A program made the translations under genes and the position numbers. DNA of 64,000 nt from Toensbergia leucococca. Lineage: Eukaryota. The stretch is from positions 62,001-126,000 of the forward strand of contig JALDZS010000036.1 in NCBI GenBank assembly GCA_022813965.1, in the 5' to 3' direction. Position 1 is the first letter of the stretch; every line of letters starts with the position of its first letter. Shown in pieces: positions 12,599 to 24,812 of the stretch. The notes below the pieces were generated by a model. That model made no database searches. It was given only the letters and a program-made list of their open reading frames with translations, and was not told the origin of the DNA.

Positions 12599-13479
12599 AT
12601 GTATTCCCAGCTTCTACTCTCAGCCCTTGGTGGCCTCGCTCTCGTCAATGCTCAGGTTACTCCTCTTATCGATGGAACAATCGACGGCCCAGTCGTACCC
12701 GGCACCACTGGCAAACTTGGCAACGCTGCCATCACTGAGAGCAACCCCAGTGGTGTGACATACCAAGCCATACTTCCAAATTCAAACACTACCACCATCC
12801 GTGGGTACATTGCCGGAACCTCCAACTCCAATGGTACCGGTGTGGTCTTCAACGTTAATTTCTACGGATTCCCATCAGAGTCCCTAGGCCCCTTTTGTAA
12901 GTATACCCCAGAGTGCCTCTTTTACCATAAATTCAGGAAATAGTCTAATCATCTGGATGTCGTAGTGTATCATATCCACGACCAGCCTGTTCCTGCAGAT
13001 GGCAATTGCACCGGTACACTCGCTCATCTCGACCCTTACCAACGTGGCGAAATTCCTCCCTGCGACTCAACCCAACCCGAGACATGCCAAGTCGGTGACT
13101 TGTCTGGCAAACATGGCAATATCACTACCAGCCCATTCCAGACGACGTGAGTAAATCAACAATCCTAACATCATTATCCTCCAATCGGTCTAAGAGATCG
13201 AATGCGACGGGTTCTGAGATCGATACTGATCTTTCACCTAGTTACCTTGAGCTTTATACTTCCACCCAGGCTGGCATCGGTTCCTTCTTCGGAAACCGCT
13301 CCATCAACATTCACACGAGCAATACAACTCGTTTAACTTGTGCAAACTTCACACTCGTTGCAGGCACTCCGTCAAACGTAACAACATCATCTCCCTCCCC
13401 TCACTATACCGGCGCCGCAACAGCCAACTTCGTCTCTGCTGGAGCTGTACTTGCTGGCCTGGCAGCCTTTTTCTTGTAG
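12599..13479 (+). CDS. GPI-anchored cell-surface Cu-only superoxide dismutase (Sod4/5-like), 3 exons
   Basis: Signal peptide; GPFLYHIH, NCTGTLAHLDP, CQVGDLSGKHG, RSINIH...RLTCANF; hydrophobic GPI-type C-terminus. Introns 12897-12965 and 13147-13241; probable 5'UTR intron ~12472-12556. Confidence 0.9.
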
Positions 13480-14145
13480 GAAGCCTGCTTGTTTTTAAAA
13501 AGGTACTCTGTGCATGGGCGGAGGATCACTAAAAAAAAACTCTTTTTATTCTTGTTTCATTTATTTATTCTTCCATTGAGAAACCATAGCGTGCGTGGAT
13601 GGAATTTTAATGAAAAGGGAACGAGCATCAGACTACAAACTCGCATGAAGATAATGGAACGGAGGTGGATGGAAAGGCTCGTGTGGCACTCAGGTTTCAG
13701 TCCTTTCTTCACCTGGTGGTAATTGTGTGTACTTCATCCGCATACTGTAAATAATTGGCTAGCTTTTTCAATCCAGTATACATTGGACCGAACATATCTT
13801 TCTATACGGTATGGAGCGATCCTGTGATGTCTCCGTCTATTCGTACAGTGAATCGGAACCGTCTACGGTACGCTGCCCCTGCCTGTGAGCACCGCAGGAC
13901 TTGAGCAACTCCATTCCAAGGTTCCAAGGCGGTGAGCACACCTTCATGACCCCCGGAGAGCCGGTCCGATACCGAGATCCATCGGGCAGAGGAAGCAGCG
14001 AACCAAAAGAAATGCCCGGATAGAACATACATGGGAAAAGGGAAAGGGACGTGGCACACCAATTCAAATCGATTTGATGAATCATTGGCATCAGGAAGAT
14101 GTATAAAAGAAACGACAAGACGTGCAAGTCCTCCACACCAACCCT

Positions 14146-15975
14146 CTACTCCCTCCGCACCTTATAACTGACTCGGCCCCGACACCACCCCCACCCCTCC
14201 GCCACCCCAGCCCGCACCAAATCCGCCCCCACGTCCCAAACGTCCTTGTACGCCTCGCTCGCCTCTTCCCACACCAGCTGCTTCTCATCGCACACGACCC
14301 ACGAACCCCCATTCACCTTCCTGCCCTCCTCATCGTTTCCGAATCCGTGATTTCCGTCCTCCCCTTCGCTTCCACCTCCTCCATTCGGAAGGTTTTTGGT
14401 AGAAGGAGGGGCGATTTTGTTCCCTCGAGCATCGACCTTTGCCCAATCGCCCCGGCACAAGTCCTCGGCGCGCCCTTTGTATTTTTGCGATATGTACGTC
14501 GCAGCATGGTGGCGGGACATGGCGCGGCCGGCGCCGTGGGCGAGGCTGAGGGCGTTTGTGTGGCCGTAGCTATTGAGGGGAGTGTGGAGGGGGTGCAGGA
14601 TTAGGGTTGGGGTGCTGCGGGAGCCGGGGAGGGGGAGGAAGGGGAGTGGGAGATGGGTTTTGGGGGAGTAGGTTGGCGCAGCGCCTTTGCGGTGGATATA
14701 TAAGTAAGGGTTTGGGAGTTGGGGTGTGGCGGTAGAGGGTGAGGGTAGAGAGGGTTGGTTGGGAGGTTGAGGGGGCCAAGGGGCGAGGGAGACGGCGTTG
14801 TGGTGGATGTCGACTACTTTTCTCGTTTGCATAGCTGTGTGGGCTGTGAGGATGCTATCGGAGGGTGTGGGGATTGAGGTGGTGGTAGAGTTTGCGCCGA
14901 GCGACCAGGCCGCATTGCCCGGTTCGAGGCAGGAAAGGAAGCGTAGGGCGATGAGGTCGCGGTTTTTGCACGCCCAGGCACAGGCGCGGTCGTGTTCAGC
15001 TAGATAGGATGTGGCGAGAGGGGAGCTTTCGTGGATGCTGTTGCGGTTGCCGGCCGTGTAGCGTTTCAGGATGTCGCCGCCGTAGCCGCGGGAACCGGAG
15101 TGCACGAGGAGGACGACTTCGTCGGGGTGGAGTTGGTGTTGAAATTGGTTTGCGGGATCGTCGTTGGGTTTTGCTTCTTCGACGACTTGGAGCTCGGCGA
15201 AGTGGTTTCCTGCGCCGATGGTGCCAAGGGCAACGTCCCACTCCTCGCCAGCGCTGACACTTTCCCCTTCCGCATCACCATTTTGTAGCCATACCTCCCT
15301 ATCTCGCTGCGTGCGCCAGGCACCTTCCAACCCCCGTAGTTTCTCGGCGACTTTCCGGCCTTTGTCGCCTTCAACTTGGCTTCGTGACAAGGTAGTCTTG
15401 TACCAGGCCATGCCGCAGCCAATGTCGCCGCCAATGAGCGGAGGGTGGATCCATTCCTTGGAGACGAATACGGCACCAATGGGGAATTTAGCGCCTGGGT
15501 GCAGGTCTGGCTGGGCGACGACGTGGATGATGCCGGGGAGGGTACGGCCGGTGGTTTCAAGCTGGGTGACGGCTTGCGGGTCTATGTAGGCTTGCTGAGC
15601 TAGGATCTGGATGGTACAATTTGGGTTTCCCTCTGTGGATGGTGGCTCGCCGTCTTGAAGTACATGGTCTGCATTGGAATTGGGCACCTCTTCTTTCTTG
15701 AGTCCAACGTAATCTTCTCCAGCCGAGACGAGGAGCACTAAATCATCCTTCAAAACCCCCTCACAGTCTTCCTGTCTCAAGAGTTCCTGACCAGTGCCGG
15801 CAACAAACACCCTGTTTGCCTTCTTCAAACGGAATTTTGCCTGGGCGGCTTTGATGACTAGTGCCCTGCTGGAAGAAGGAGAAGCTGGATCCGAAGATGT
15901 TGAGGAAGGGATGAGAAGGGGGGCTCTTTGGGATTGCTTGGAGTTCAGAGCGAGAGCCACACGTGTGGCTGGCAT
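14146..15975 (-). CDS. rtcB: RtcB-family RNA 3'-phosphate/5'-OH ligase (release-factor-H-coupled RtcB2 type) with N-terminal DCX/KHA-like domain
   Basis: Intronless 609 aa. Motifs QPDLHPG, GGDIGCGM, LGTIGAGNHFAELQ, LVHSGSRG, DIHHN, HRKGAAP, LPGSR, SLAHGAGR, EEASEAYKD and terminal SYK. Confidence 0.92.
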   Translation of the reverse strand: MPATRVALALNSKQSQRAPLLIPSSTSSDPASPSSSRALVIKAAQAKFRLKKANRVFVAGTGQELLRQEDCEGVLKDDLVLLVSAGEDYVGLKKEEVPNSNADHVLQDGEPPSTEGNPNCTIQILAQQAYIDPQAVTQLETTGRTLPGIIHVVAQPDLHPGAKFPIGAVFVSKEWIHPPLIGGDIGCGMAWYKTTLSRSQVEGDKGRKVAEKLRGLEGAWRTQRDREVWLQNGDAEGESVSAGEEWDVALGTIGAGNHFAELQVVEEAKPNDDPANQFQHQLHPDEVVLLVHSGSRGYGGDILKRYTAGNRNSIHESSPLATSYLAEHDRACAWACKNRDLIALRFLSCLEPGNAAWSLGANSTTTSIPTPSDSILTAHTAMQTRKVVDIHHNAVSLAPWPPQPPNQPSLPSPSTATPQLPNPYLYIHRKGAAPTYSPKTHLPLPFLPLPGSRSTPTLILHPLHTPLNSYGHTNALSLAHGAGRAMSRHHAATYISQKYKGRAEDLCRGDWAKVDARGNKIAPPSTKNLPNGGGGSEGEDGNHGFGNDEEGRKVNGGSWVVCDEKQLVWEEASEAYKDVWDVGADLVRAGVAEGWGWCRGRVSYKVRRE

Positions 15976-16909
15976 TGTGGTCTGCCTGATCAGGGATAGC
16001 TTGAGCAGGCTTGCTCGATATTGAGATGGAGAGACTAAAAGAGAAATGGGAGTTGAAGAGAACTCGGTCTCTGTGTTTTTTTTGAGAAGAGAATGGAGAC
16101 TTCCTTGAATGAAATATCATGGAGCAAGAGAAAAGACAGCAAAAAAAGGTGTTAAAGCTAAGGTAAGGATGTTAGGATGGCGAGGACGGGTGTCAAACTA
16201 GAGTCATAGACTTGTAAAGCCAGAATGATTCATCAAACATTGAACACGCTCGTAGTGTGGTGCCTCTATGACCATGTCCCTACCTAGTCACACAGCTCAT
16301 TTCTAGAGAATGGACTTGTTCGCCAGACTGGACCATTATCCGTGTAAAAAAACCTTTCAGAATGTGAACCTTTGCATCTTTCGCCACATGAGCGTTGTCC
16401 TCATATTAAAATCAAAATATCCGGTATGAATACGGATACGTCTTCGGGCAAAATCTACGGATATCTAGCATTACAAAGATGACAAGAGGGGCGTCGGCCT
16501 TTGACAGGATGCTTGCTCGTTACTGAGAGATGTGAGCAGAGGGAAAACCCTTCATAAATACGATTAGCACACATTCCAACTTTCGCCCTGAATTCTACCT
16601 CATAGCATCAACGACCGTCAAGCATTCAATTCTAGCATTGATGGAAACACCCTTCGATCCACATGGTAATGAACAACCGCGCGAGCACCCATGAAAATAA
16701 AGAAGCTAGACTACCGTCGCACTCGTCGCACGTACTACCAGGCCCCGAATTGTAAATGAACTACCACCCACGCCTGATGCAACGCAAGCTGCGGAGTACT
16801 TCGATTGATGACAATGACTGCATAGAACACACCGAGGAGAGCGCGGATCAAGGATGAAGGAAGGAACAGAAGAGCCGTTGGGGTTGCAGGCAAAATTTCC
16901 CCACGCCTC

Positions 16910-17651
<742 letters not shown>

Positions 17652-20354
17652 TCAAAAATGTGAAGGATGTAAGATCGCAAGCGTGAGCACCACACAGCTT
17701 GTGATGAGATAGGGTACTAAGACTTGCTGTGTCAGTATTAACAAATGCTTGTACCAACAGCAAATGGTGTGACAAGTGGTTGGAATGAGAGGTTTGAATT
17801 CGTGTCGTGAGATGCTGATACGTACTGCTTCCCGAGAAATAGGCACAGATATGGCGCAAAACATGGTCTGTAATGATGGACGAGGGGACGACGTACCTTG
17901 TGTGAACCGATTAGAACTGCGCTTCCGTGGTTGTAGGAAAGAAATCTGTGGTCGCAAATGTGAAGGTGGTAGACGGCTTTAGAGGACACAAGTGTCTTGG
18001 TGGTCTCCAGGTAAAATTCCAACAATTGGAAAAGGCAAAGGCACGTGATCTATTCTAGCCGACCTGGCAATGAAAAGGATCGATACGAGTACTCGTATAA
18101 ATGGAACAATTCCGTGCTGCGGTCTTTTTTCTATTACATTGATATCTGTACTTGGGCTACTAGAGAAGTGCCCTGGCAATGTGTTGAGTGAAAGCCGTCT
18201 GTCTCATGAATCTCACTTCAGAATGTCACGTTGTTCAGATGAATCTCTACTCGTAGGCTGCAGCAATTCCTCAAATATAGTACAGTGACATAGTTTTGAC
18301 TCCTCTACTAAGAAACCCAGTGTTCATCTCCTTTTCCGAGGTTCTCTGCATTGGCATTCATTCCAAATTCGACGTCTGAACCATGGATGATGCTTCTTAA
18401 GTAGAAGAAATGCTTGTCTCTAGATTGAACTATTCTAATACTTTTCAAATACCTAGTTTGCCATTGATGAGCTTCTCCATCGTAGTTTGATTTTCTGCCA
18501 AGTTTGGCGCCTTCCGAATAGTAGAAGAATTTTGACCAGTCCATGGCAGATCCTCAATGTTTCAGCCCGTAGTAGTTGCCTGATCGCCGCACTTTCTCCC
18601 AGTAGATGCGACTCAGTTAATTGAAGAATGTTAATCGTAATGAGGAGACGGGACTTGGATTTCTGGTCACGAACATAGCGAGGCTGGAAGATTTCGATAT
18701 GTATCAGTGGTACTCTTCTTTTATCTGGCCCCTCCAACCCCTTCCTTATTCTTACAACTGCCTGAACACAAAAAAGGTAAAGGACTCTTCTAGATACGCT
18801 CAAGCTCCCCTAATTTGATCTTTCAGATTGAAAAGCCCTACCACACCGGCATCTATCTCTTGTCAATCTTCATCCTCTCGTCTTCAATTTTCGTTCTCTA
18901 GACTTTTTGTGGTTTACAAGGCCTTGCTAAGTCTCACAGCATGAACCTATACAGGATCTTCGCTTGAAGTGGTATTTCGGTATGGATATTGCAGGCATCG
19001 TGCGCAATGGACGCGGTAAGTTGAATGGGTCGTGAGGGCATACATTGGAATTTGCCGAGTAGTTTACGGCTTCAATCGCTTTCTCCATCTGGCTCCATTC
19101 CATTGATGGTCGCTACTGATGCTTGGTTTGAGTAGAATGGAATCAGACTTGGTCCGAGGATAAGGGAGAATTAGAAATAGCAGGAAGCGTAGTGTTTGGG
19201 GACCGATAGACGATGGCGAAGGTCAGTATGATGGTGTAGAGCTTAGTCTAATGCTGCCTTTCCTTTTCACATTGTACGTCTGTTGCTCAGTAAGACAGTT
19301 GGAAGGAAAGAGGGTCGACGGAAGCCCGAGCTCCGAGGTAGGTACGGTACCTCGCCTAAAGCGCACTAGACTAGCTCCAAAAAAAGATTGCGGCTACAAA
19401 AATCCGTTCGTCCTCATCCTCCAATCTTTCCATCTACATCAGTAGTAAAATTAACCTTTTACAACTGGGGGCTCCGCTACGGCGGCTTGCTGAGGATCAT
19501 CCTGATGAGCGAAGTCTTTCAAGGCCTCTGTTCTCCTATGGATCTTCTTCCGTTCCCGGCTCCCTTGATTGTTGTGCGTTCGTTCTTTCCTACCAACTGC
19601 GTTGTGATCTGTGTCAGATGGATCGGAGTTGTGGGATGGGCGCTACATGCTTTCGTTTGAGACGTGGCTAAAAATGACCGCTGTGTCGAGTGATTGGTTG
19701 GCAGTAAGCTGGTGCAAAGGTTCGAGATTCGGGAGGTTGAGCCTCGCGAGATCCCAGTGAGAGCGAGGATATGTTAGGTAGCGCACCAAGGTAGTGACTT
19801 GGCTCAAGAAGCTACATGCCCTTTCACTGTCTTTCTACCTCGAGGAACGCTCTGGCTTAAATTGTGACTGGGCCTGTGTTGCCCCGTACGTACTTTTACA
19901 ACAAATGTGAGGAAAATTGACACTAGCGTGTTGAGGCTCCATGAAGGAAGCTGTCTATTCTCAAAGTAAACCTGGAACCTGATCCTGCAGTCTTTTACAA
20001 GAGCTGGCCTACACAGCGAGCATATAATCTGTAGGGTATTCAAGCCTTCGAACTAAATGATATCAATTAAATGAGGACAAAGTAGCCGTGCTCGCCGTGC
20101 TATCTTCGTACATCTGTGTGGTAGCTACAGTACGATTTTTGATGATTTCTACGATTACAGGATATGTCAATGTATGCTGCTGGATAGCCAGGGAATCAAT
20201 ACCAAGAAAAGGACCCAAACCTAACGTCCGTCACAATATCTAGCGCTCTACACTCAACGAGCTCTCTGCCTTGAACTCGGGGCAGTTGCTAGACACTTGG
20301 AAAACCTCCGACTCTTCTCTCCGTTGACAATTTAGTCACCTGGCAATGCAATAT

Positions 20355-22424
20355 TCAATCTGTTTTTCTCCCCCTTCTCGACCCAAAAGCAAGTTTAGTA
20401 GCATCCGTGAACGTCTCTGTCATCGACTTGTAAATCGGCCTCCCCTCCAAAGTCCCACTCAGCTTCCCAAACACGACTAGAAAAAGAAGGGACGCGGCCA
20501 TGATTACACCGAAGCAGGTCCAATATGTTTTGTAGGTGTAGCTAGTTTGCAGATCTGTTATCTGGACCGAGAAATAGGCTGTCATTAGGCTGACGGGGAG
20601 GAAGAGGATGGTAAGCTTGGCGAGGAGGATGGTTATACGGGTGAGACGTTCGACTGCTTGGGATTCTTTGAGGGCAATGAGATTGAAAGACTAGGTCGAA
20701 TGTTAGTGGGCGGCATTGGGGGTGTGCTGGCGGGACGTACTAGTGAGACCATTGAATTTTTCTCCTCTAGGCAACCTTGTATTTCGCTCAGGGCATAGAG
20801 GCCGATCCTGTCCTTGAGTCTTTCGAAGCGTACAATGGCAGCTGGGGAGAGAGGTACGCCCAAGGATCGGTCATTCGCAACGGTGAATTCTTTGGTCGCC
20901 GGCGGCTGACCTCCGGTGGGCCTTTGTGTGTCTTGACCACTTGACAGACTATGTTCTCGCATAATTGAAGCATCGACAGGCTTTTGTCTTTCAAGAACAC
21001 GTTCAATAATTAGAGCATAGCTTTGGTATAGGCGCTTGAGGACCGCTAACTGGCGGCCAATATCATGAAGTTGGTTGATTTGACCCAGTTGAGCCTTCTC
21101 AAACATACTTTCTCGCTGACAGAACGTTAGCATGGCCTTCATCATACTGCTTCCACACTCACAAGAATCTCCAACCTTTCGCCATATCTGTGTTCCTTCC
21201 GAGCCACCAGACTGTAGCTGGTATACCAATCATCAAAGAGGTAGTAGAGCAGCAGGCTGGGAACATCCAAAGGCACAATGTAAGGTGCGTGAGAATTTCG
21301 ATGTAATAAGCTTGACCGGATCGGTAGGGTCATTATGGGATTCTGCATTCTGGAGCCGTCGTTGGCCTTGGACAATTGGCGTAAGACGTTGAGTAGGTTT
21401 GCCCTGATGATGGATAGGTTGAATTTGTCTTCTGAACTTAGTGGACCTTGTTGATGTGGGTAGGGATTTTCGTAAATTGACACGACAGTCGCTGATGACT
21501 ACGAATCAGTTCTGAAGATATCGCGAGTACTGTAGTCTCGGAAAAGTTGTTACCATCACTACAGAGTATGAGCCATGCCCACTGCCTCGTTCCTGATGGT
21601 AATCTATGACTATGTCCAGCAGGCTCAGTACGATCGATGGAAGGACCGTGAGTATTGTAAAGCCAATTATAGCCAATACACAAGTCTTAGGATCCGTCAG
21701 TAAGTACGTAAAATGAATGAAGGGACATTTGGCTTACATTTTGGTCCCCAATCAACCGAGGAGAAATGCCACACCTCGTCGACGATACTGTAGTGGTTCA
21801 GATCTAGTCCAGCAGGATTCACGGTAGGTGAGTTGATCATTTCAGTGTGGCCTTCAAGATCCGGGGCATGGGTCCTTAGGGCCGACTGTCTGTGGTGGTT
21901 CATCATGCCTTGTATAGGTCCTCGGTGAGGGGTGACGATAGCAGGTACAGGCTTCAAAGGGTCAGAACACATGAGACCGAGTAGACGTGGCGAGAAGCCA
22001 TAATGGCCTGCAAGCGTCTAGGAGGTTGTTTCAACAACTACAAGCTTTGAGGTGGCGGATGACGAATACCTTGACTACATCCTTCTGGCGCTCTGGTCCC
22101 CATATATTACTGAGATGGTCATTAGTCAATAATTCTATCGGCATAGGAAAGTGGGTACCAACATCCATCTTGTGCTCTCATCTCCTACTTTCTGCAAAGC
22201 ATCATCAGCCAGTAACTTGGTGGTCGTGGACTGTTCTCACCTACCTTGGCCAGCAAAAGATTGGCGACATATTGATGGTCAATGTTCCTTGCAGCACGGG
22301 CAGTCTTGCTATCAAAGTCGATGATGAAGTTCAGAGTGTCGGGATTCACAACCGCTTTCTCATAGCTCTCATAGACAGTTCTTTCATCAAAGTCGTCGAA
22401 TTTGGGGAGAAACTGGCTAGACAT
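20355..22424 (-). CDS. CorA-like membrane protein (two C-terminal TM helices), multi-exon
   Basis: Spliced pieces MSSQFLPKFDDFDE..., VDEVWHFSSVDWG, LLYYLFDDW, LHDIGRQLAVLKRLYQSY and ESQAVERLTRITILLAKLTILFLPVSLMTAYFSVQI. Long stalk helix plus two TM helices as in the CorA superfamily. Confidence 0.75.
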
Positions 22425-23031
22425 TCGCGCGAGGCTGAGGCTGAGGACGAGAGGCGGCAGCAAGACAGGCCCAAGGATAAAAAGCAGACACAGGCATTAT
22501 ATGAGATAAAACTACTAGACCAAGACTGCTCTTCATATCATCCGGACGCAGCACAAGATGCAGCTTTGATGCTCTGGCTTGTCAGCTGTGGCTTTGTTGA
22601 GGTGTGAGCGTGTCACCAGTTCTCCTCCTGGAACGAGAACTTTAGCCGAACAACCAACCTCCTTGTTTTCTCAATTTCTTTGCTCTGGAGTCATATGAGC
22701 CTCCTCGAGAAGTCCTCAAATCAAAATCTCATCGATAGTCACGTAAAGGGACTTAGCAAAAGCGTAAGTCACATTAAATGTGCACAAGTTGGAGTAGCCC
22801 AAGCACTGTCTTCTCATTGCACAGCCTTCAATAGTCTTTTGAAGAATCTCCGTGCTACCTCAGACAATTTATATAGGCCTTTACAGGCTTGAGAATGACC
22901 GCATATACAAGAGGCCTTCTACTTTCTACCATCACTTCCCTTCCATTCCCGCATATTATCTCCTCCCACTAACTCTTCAGAGTCCCTAAAACCCCCGAAT
23001 CTCTTCATCACAACGATACCCAATGCAAAAG

Positions 23032-24306
23032 TTACTTCATAGTTTCTTGAAGGCTGACATACTTCACCCCTGAGTCGAGGCGGTCCAGCCACTCTTTCAC
23101 AGTCGTGAGACATTTAGCGTTGCTACAGCTCTCGACAGCCAGCTCAAAATCTATTTTGGCCACCGACTTGCTATGCTCGAGCATCCACTGTGGTTCCGAC
23201 GACTCCATGCAGTCAAGGAATAACAGCCGTAGCTGACGAATTTCGTACTCCATCTTGTGCTGAGAGTAAAGTGTATCTTTCAGGCGTTTGCCGCTGATTT
23301 GGTACAATGTGATGTCGGGGTCACATAAACGGTCGCCCTTCGAGAGGAATGATGGAACCTGACACGCTTTCCACAGAGGCAAGACCGAGACGCAACCCCA
23401 ATTTACTACGCCAGTCACCTTGCCTCGGTGGCTGACCCTGATATCTCCCTGCGATACGTTGTCTAGGCATAGCACACATTGTTCTCCAGCCTCAGTATTG
23501 GCGGCAAAGAATTTCGGCAGGTAATAGAGCAACCTTTGTACAAGTTTCTGGATGGCTTCGGCGTCTTTGGTATCATCCAGACGCGCTTGATTCTGTAAGA
23601 CACGTTTACAGTCATTCATAGTCAAGGTTAATCGAGCCATCATCCAATCCCTCCCAGATGCAAAAGGACCGCGATGGACATCTTGCATGAAGTGCGTGTC
23701 CCAAAAGAAAGGCATCGATACAATTCTGTCGATAATGAAATCTATAGGACGAGATCTCTTCTCGGTCTCGGTACGCGCATTGCACACATCCTGCAGCCGA
23801 AAATGATTGCCAATACACCGAAATTTGAGTCGAAAGAGCTGGGCCATGATATCTGCAACCTGCACGACACAAAACTCCTTTGATGGCCAGCTCATCTGCC
23901 CCCATGCATCCCTCAAGGGTCTACCGGGTATCTGCTCCGTCAGAATCCATTCAAACCACGGCAACTTGTCGCTTGAGCTGTCGAAGGCCATGACCAGGGG
24001 AATGGAGATTGAAGTCTTCTGACGCAGAAACTCAATCGTAGCCGTCTCGCTCAATGTCTTAAATCGTGGATCCACAGGCAGTGTCAGACGCATCTTAAAA
24101 TCTCCAAGCGGGCAAGATATAGTATATTCTTTGTTGAGAGCGTCTTGGCCGTCGAAGTGGACGGTCCTTTGGGCAGCCTGAGCTGCTCCCAAATGGAGAT
24201 GATTATCTACGAGGTTGGTGATGTCCCGTATCGACGGTTTCAACGCCCATTGCGGTTCAGATCCGGAAGGATTGTGCGCCCATTCGAGGCCAATTCGCGC
24301 CCCCAT
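23032..24306 (-). CDS. Aminoglycoside-phosphotransferase (APH)/kinase-like family protein, probably catalytically dead
   Basis: Intronless 424 aa with MRLTLPVDPRFKTLSETATIEFLR, FEWILTEQIPGRPL, RGPF and CVSVLPLWKACQVPSFL, typical of fungal APH-like proteins. Catalytic motifs are altered (see findings). Confidence 0.85.
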   Translation of the reverse strand: MGARIGLEWAHNPSGSEPQWALKPSIRDITNLVDNHLHLGAAQAAQRTVHFDGQDALNKEYTISCPLGDFKMRLTLPVDPRFKTLSETATIEFLRQKTSISIPLVMAFDSSSDKLPWFEWILTEQIPGRPLRDAWGQMSWPSKEFCVVQVADIMAQLFRLKFRCIGNHFRLQDVCNARTETEKRSRPIDFIIDRIVSMPFFWDTHFMQDVHRGPFASGRDWMMARLTLTMNDCKRVLQNQARLDDTKDAEAIQKLVQRLLYYLPKFFAANTEAGEQCVLCLDNVSQGDIRVSHRGKVTGVVNWGCVSVLPLWKACQVPSFLSKGDRLCDPDITLYQISGKRLKDTLYSQHKMEYEIRQLRLLFLDCMESSEPQWMLEHSKSVAKIDFELAVESCSNAKCLTTVKEWLDRLDSGVKYVSLQETMK

Positions 24307-24812
24307 TGCTAATTTCTAACTGATTAATAGATCTTATCGATAATATGTAAATTGATAAATGCTAGCCTGCTTATCAGCGAATGAAGTCGTATATGTATAG
24401 ACGACCACGAAAATCCAACGCAAAGGTATATAGAGTGGAAGCCAAGATCGGAAAGCGCAAGCATGTTGGAGCAAGAGTGGGACTTCCGCATTGGGTACAA
24501 CCTGCTATGTAAAGTAAGGCAGAGAAACCAAGTCCCTACGTATGCCTTCACCCTTCAGTTACCTATGATGCACCTGGCGCGACTCTATGTCCGAGGACCG
24601 AATCACCAGGATTCCTTCGTGACTCTAGGTATAGTGCTGCGATAACTTGTTTTTACAATTTCGAATATGACCATAGGAAGACTAAAGGGTGTATCCAACC
24701 CAGTTACCTGCCTCCCTGGTTATCAAATCTGAGCGTAATAGATAAAAACATGCTATGCATAACAAGAAGCCAAATGCCACCAAAAAAAGAACATCACCAT
24801 TCAAATCGAAAT

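Noticed and set aside
14570..14800. G-quadruplex or telomere-like G-rich tract
   Set aside because: Explained by Pro-rich codons of RtcB on the opposite strand; only one TTAGGG.
10094..15975. Secreted protein + SOD + RtcB as a toxin-antidote or redox-protection cluster
   Set aside because: The small protein has no nuclease motif, the SOD is extracellular while RtcB has no signal peptide, and adjacency is the only link.
18308..19250. Short ORFs between ARF1 and the CorA-like gene
   Set aside because: Frames are broken by stops and carry no recognisable motif.
19495..19520. CTGATGAG hammerhead-ribozyme or snoRNA-like core
   Set aside because: No stem II or GAAA and no matching box D/guide structure; the same applies to the CTGATGAG at ~50182.
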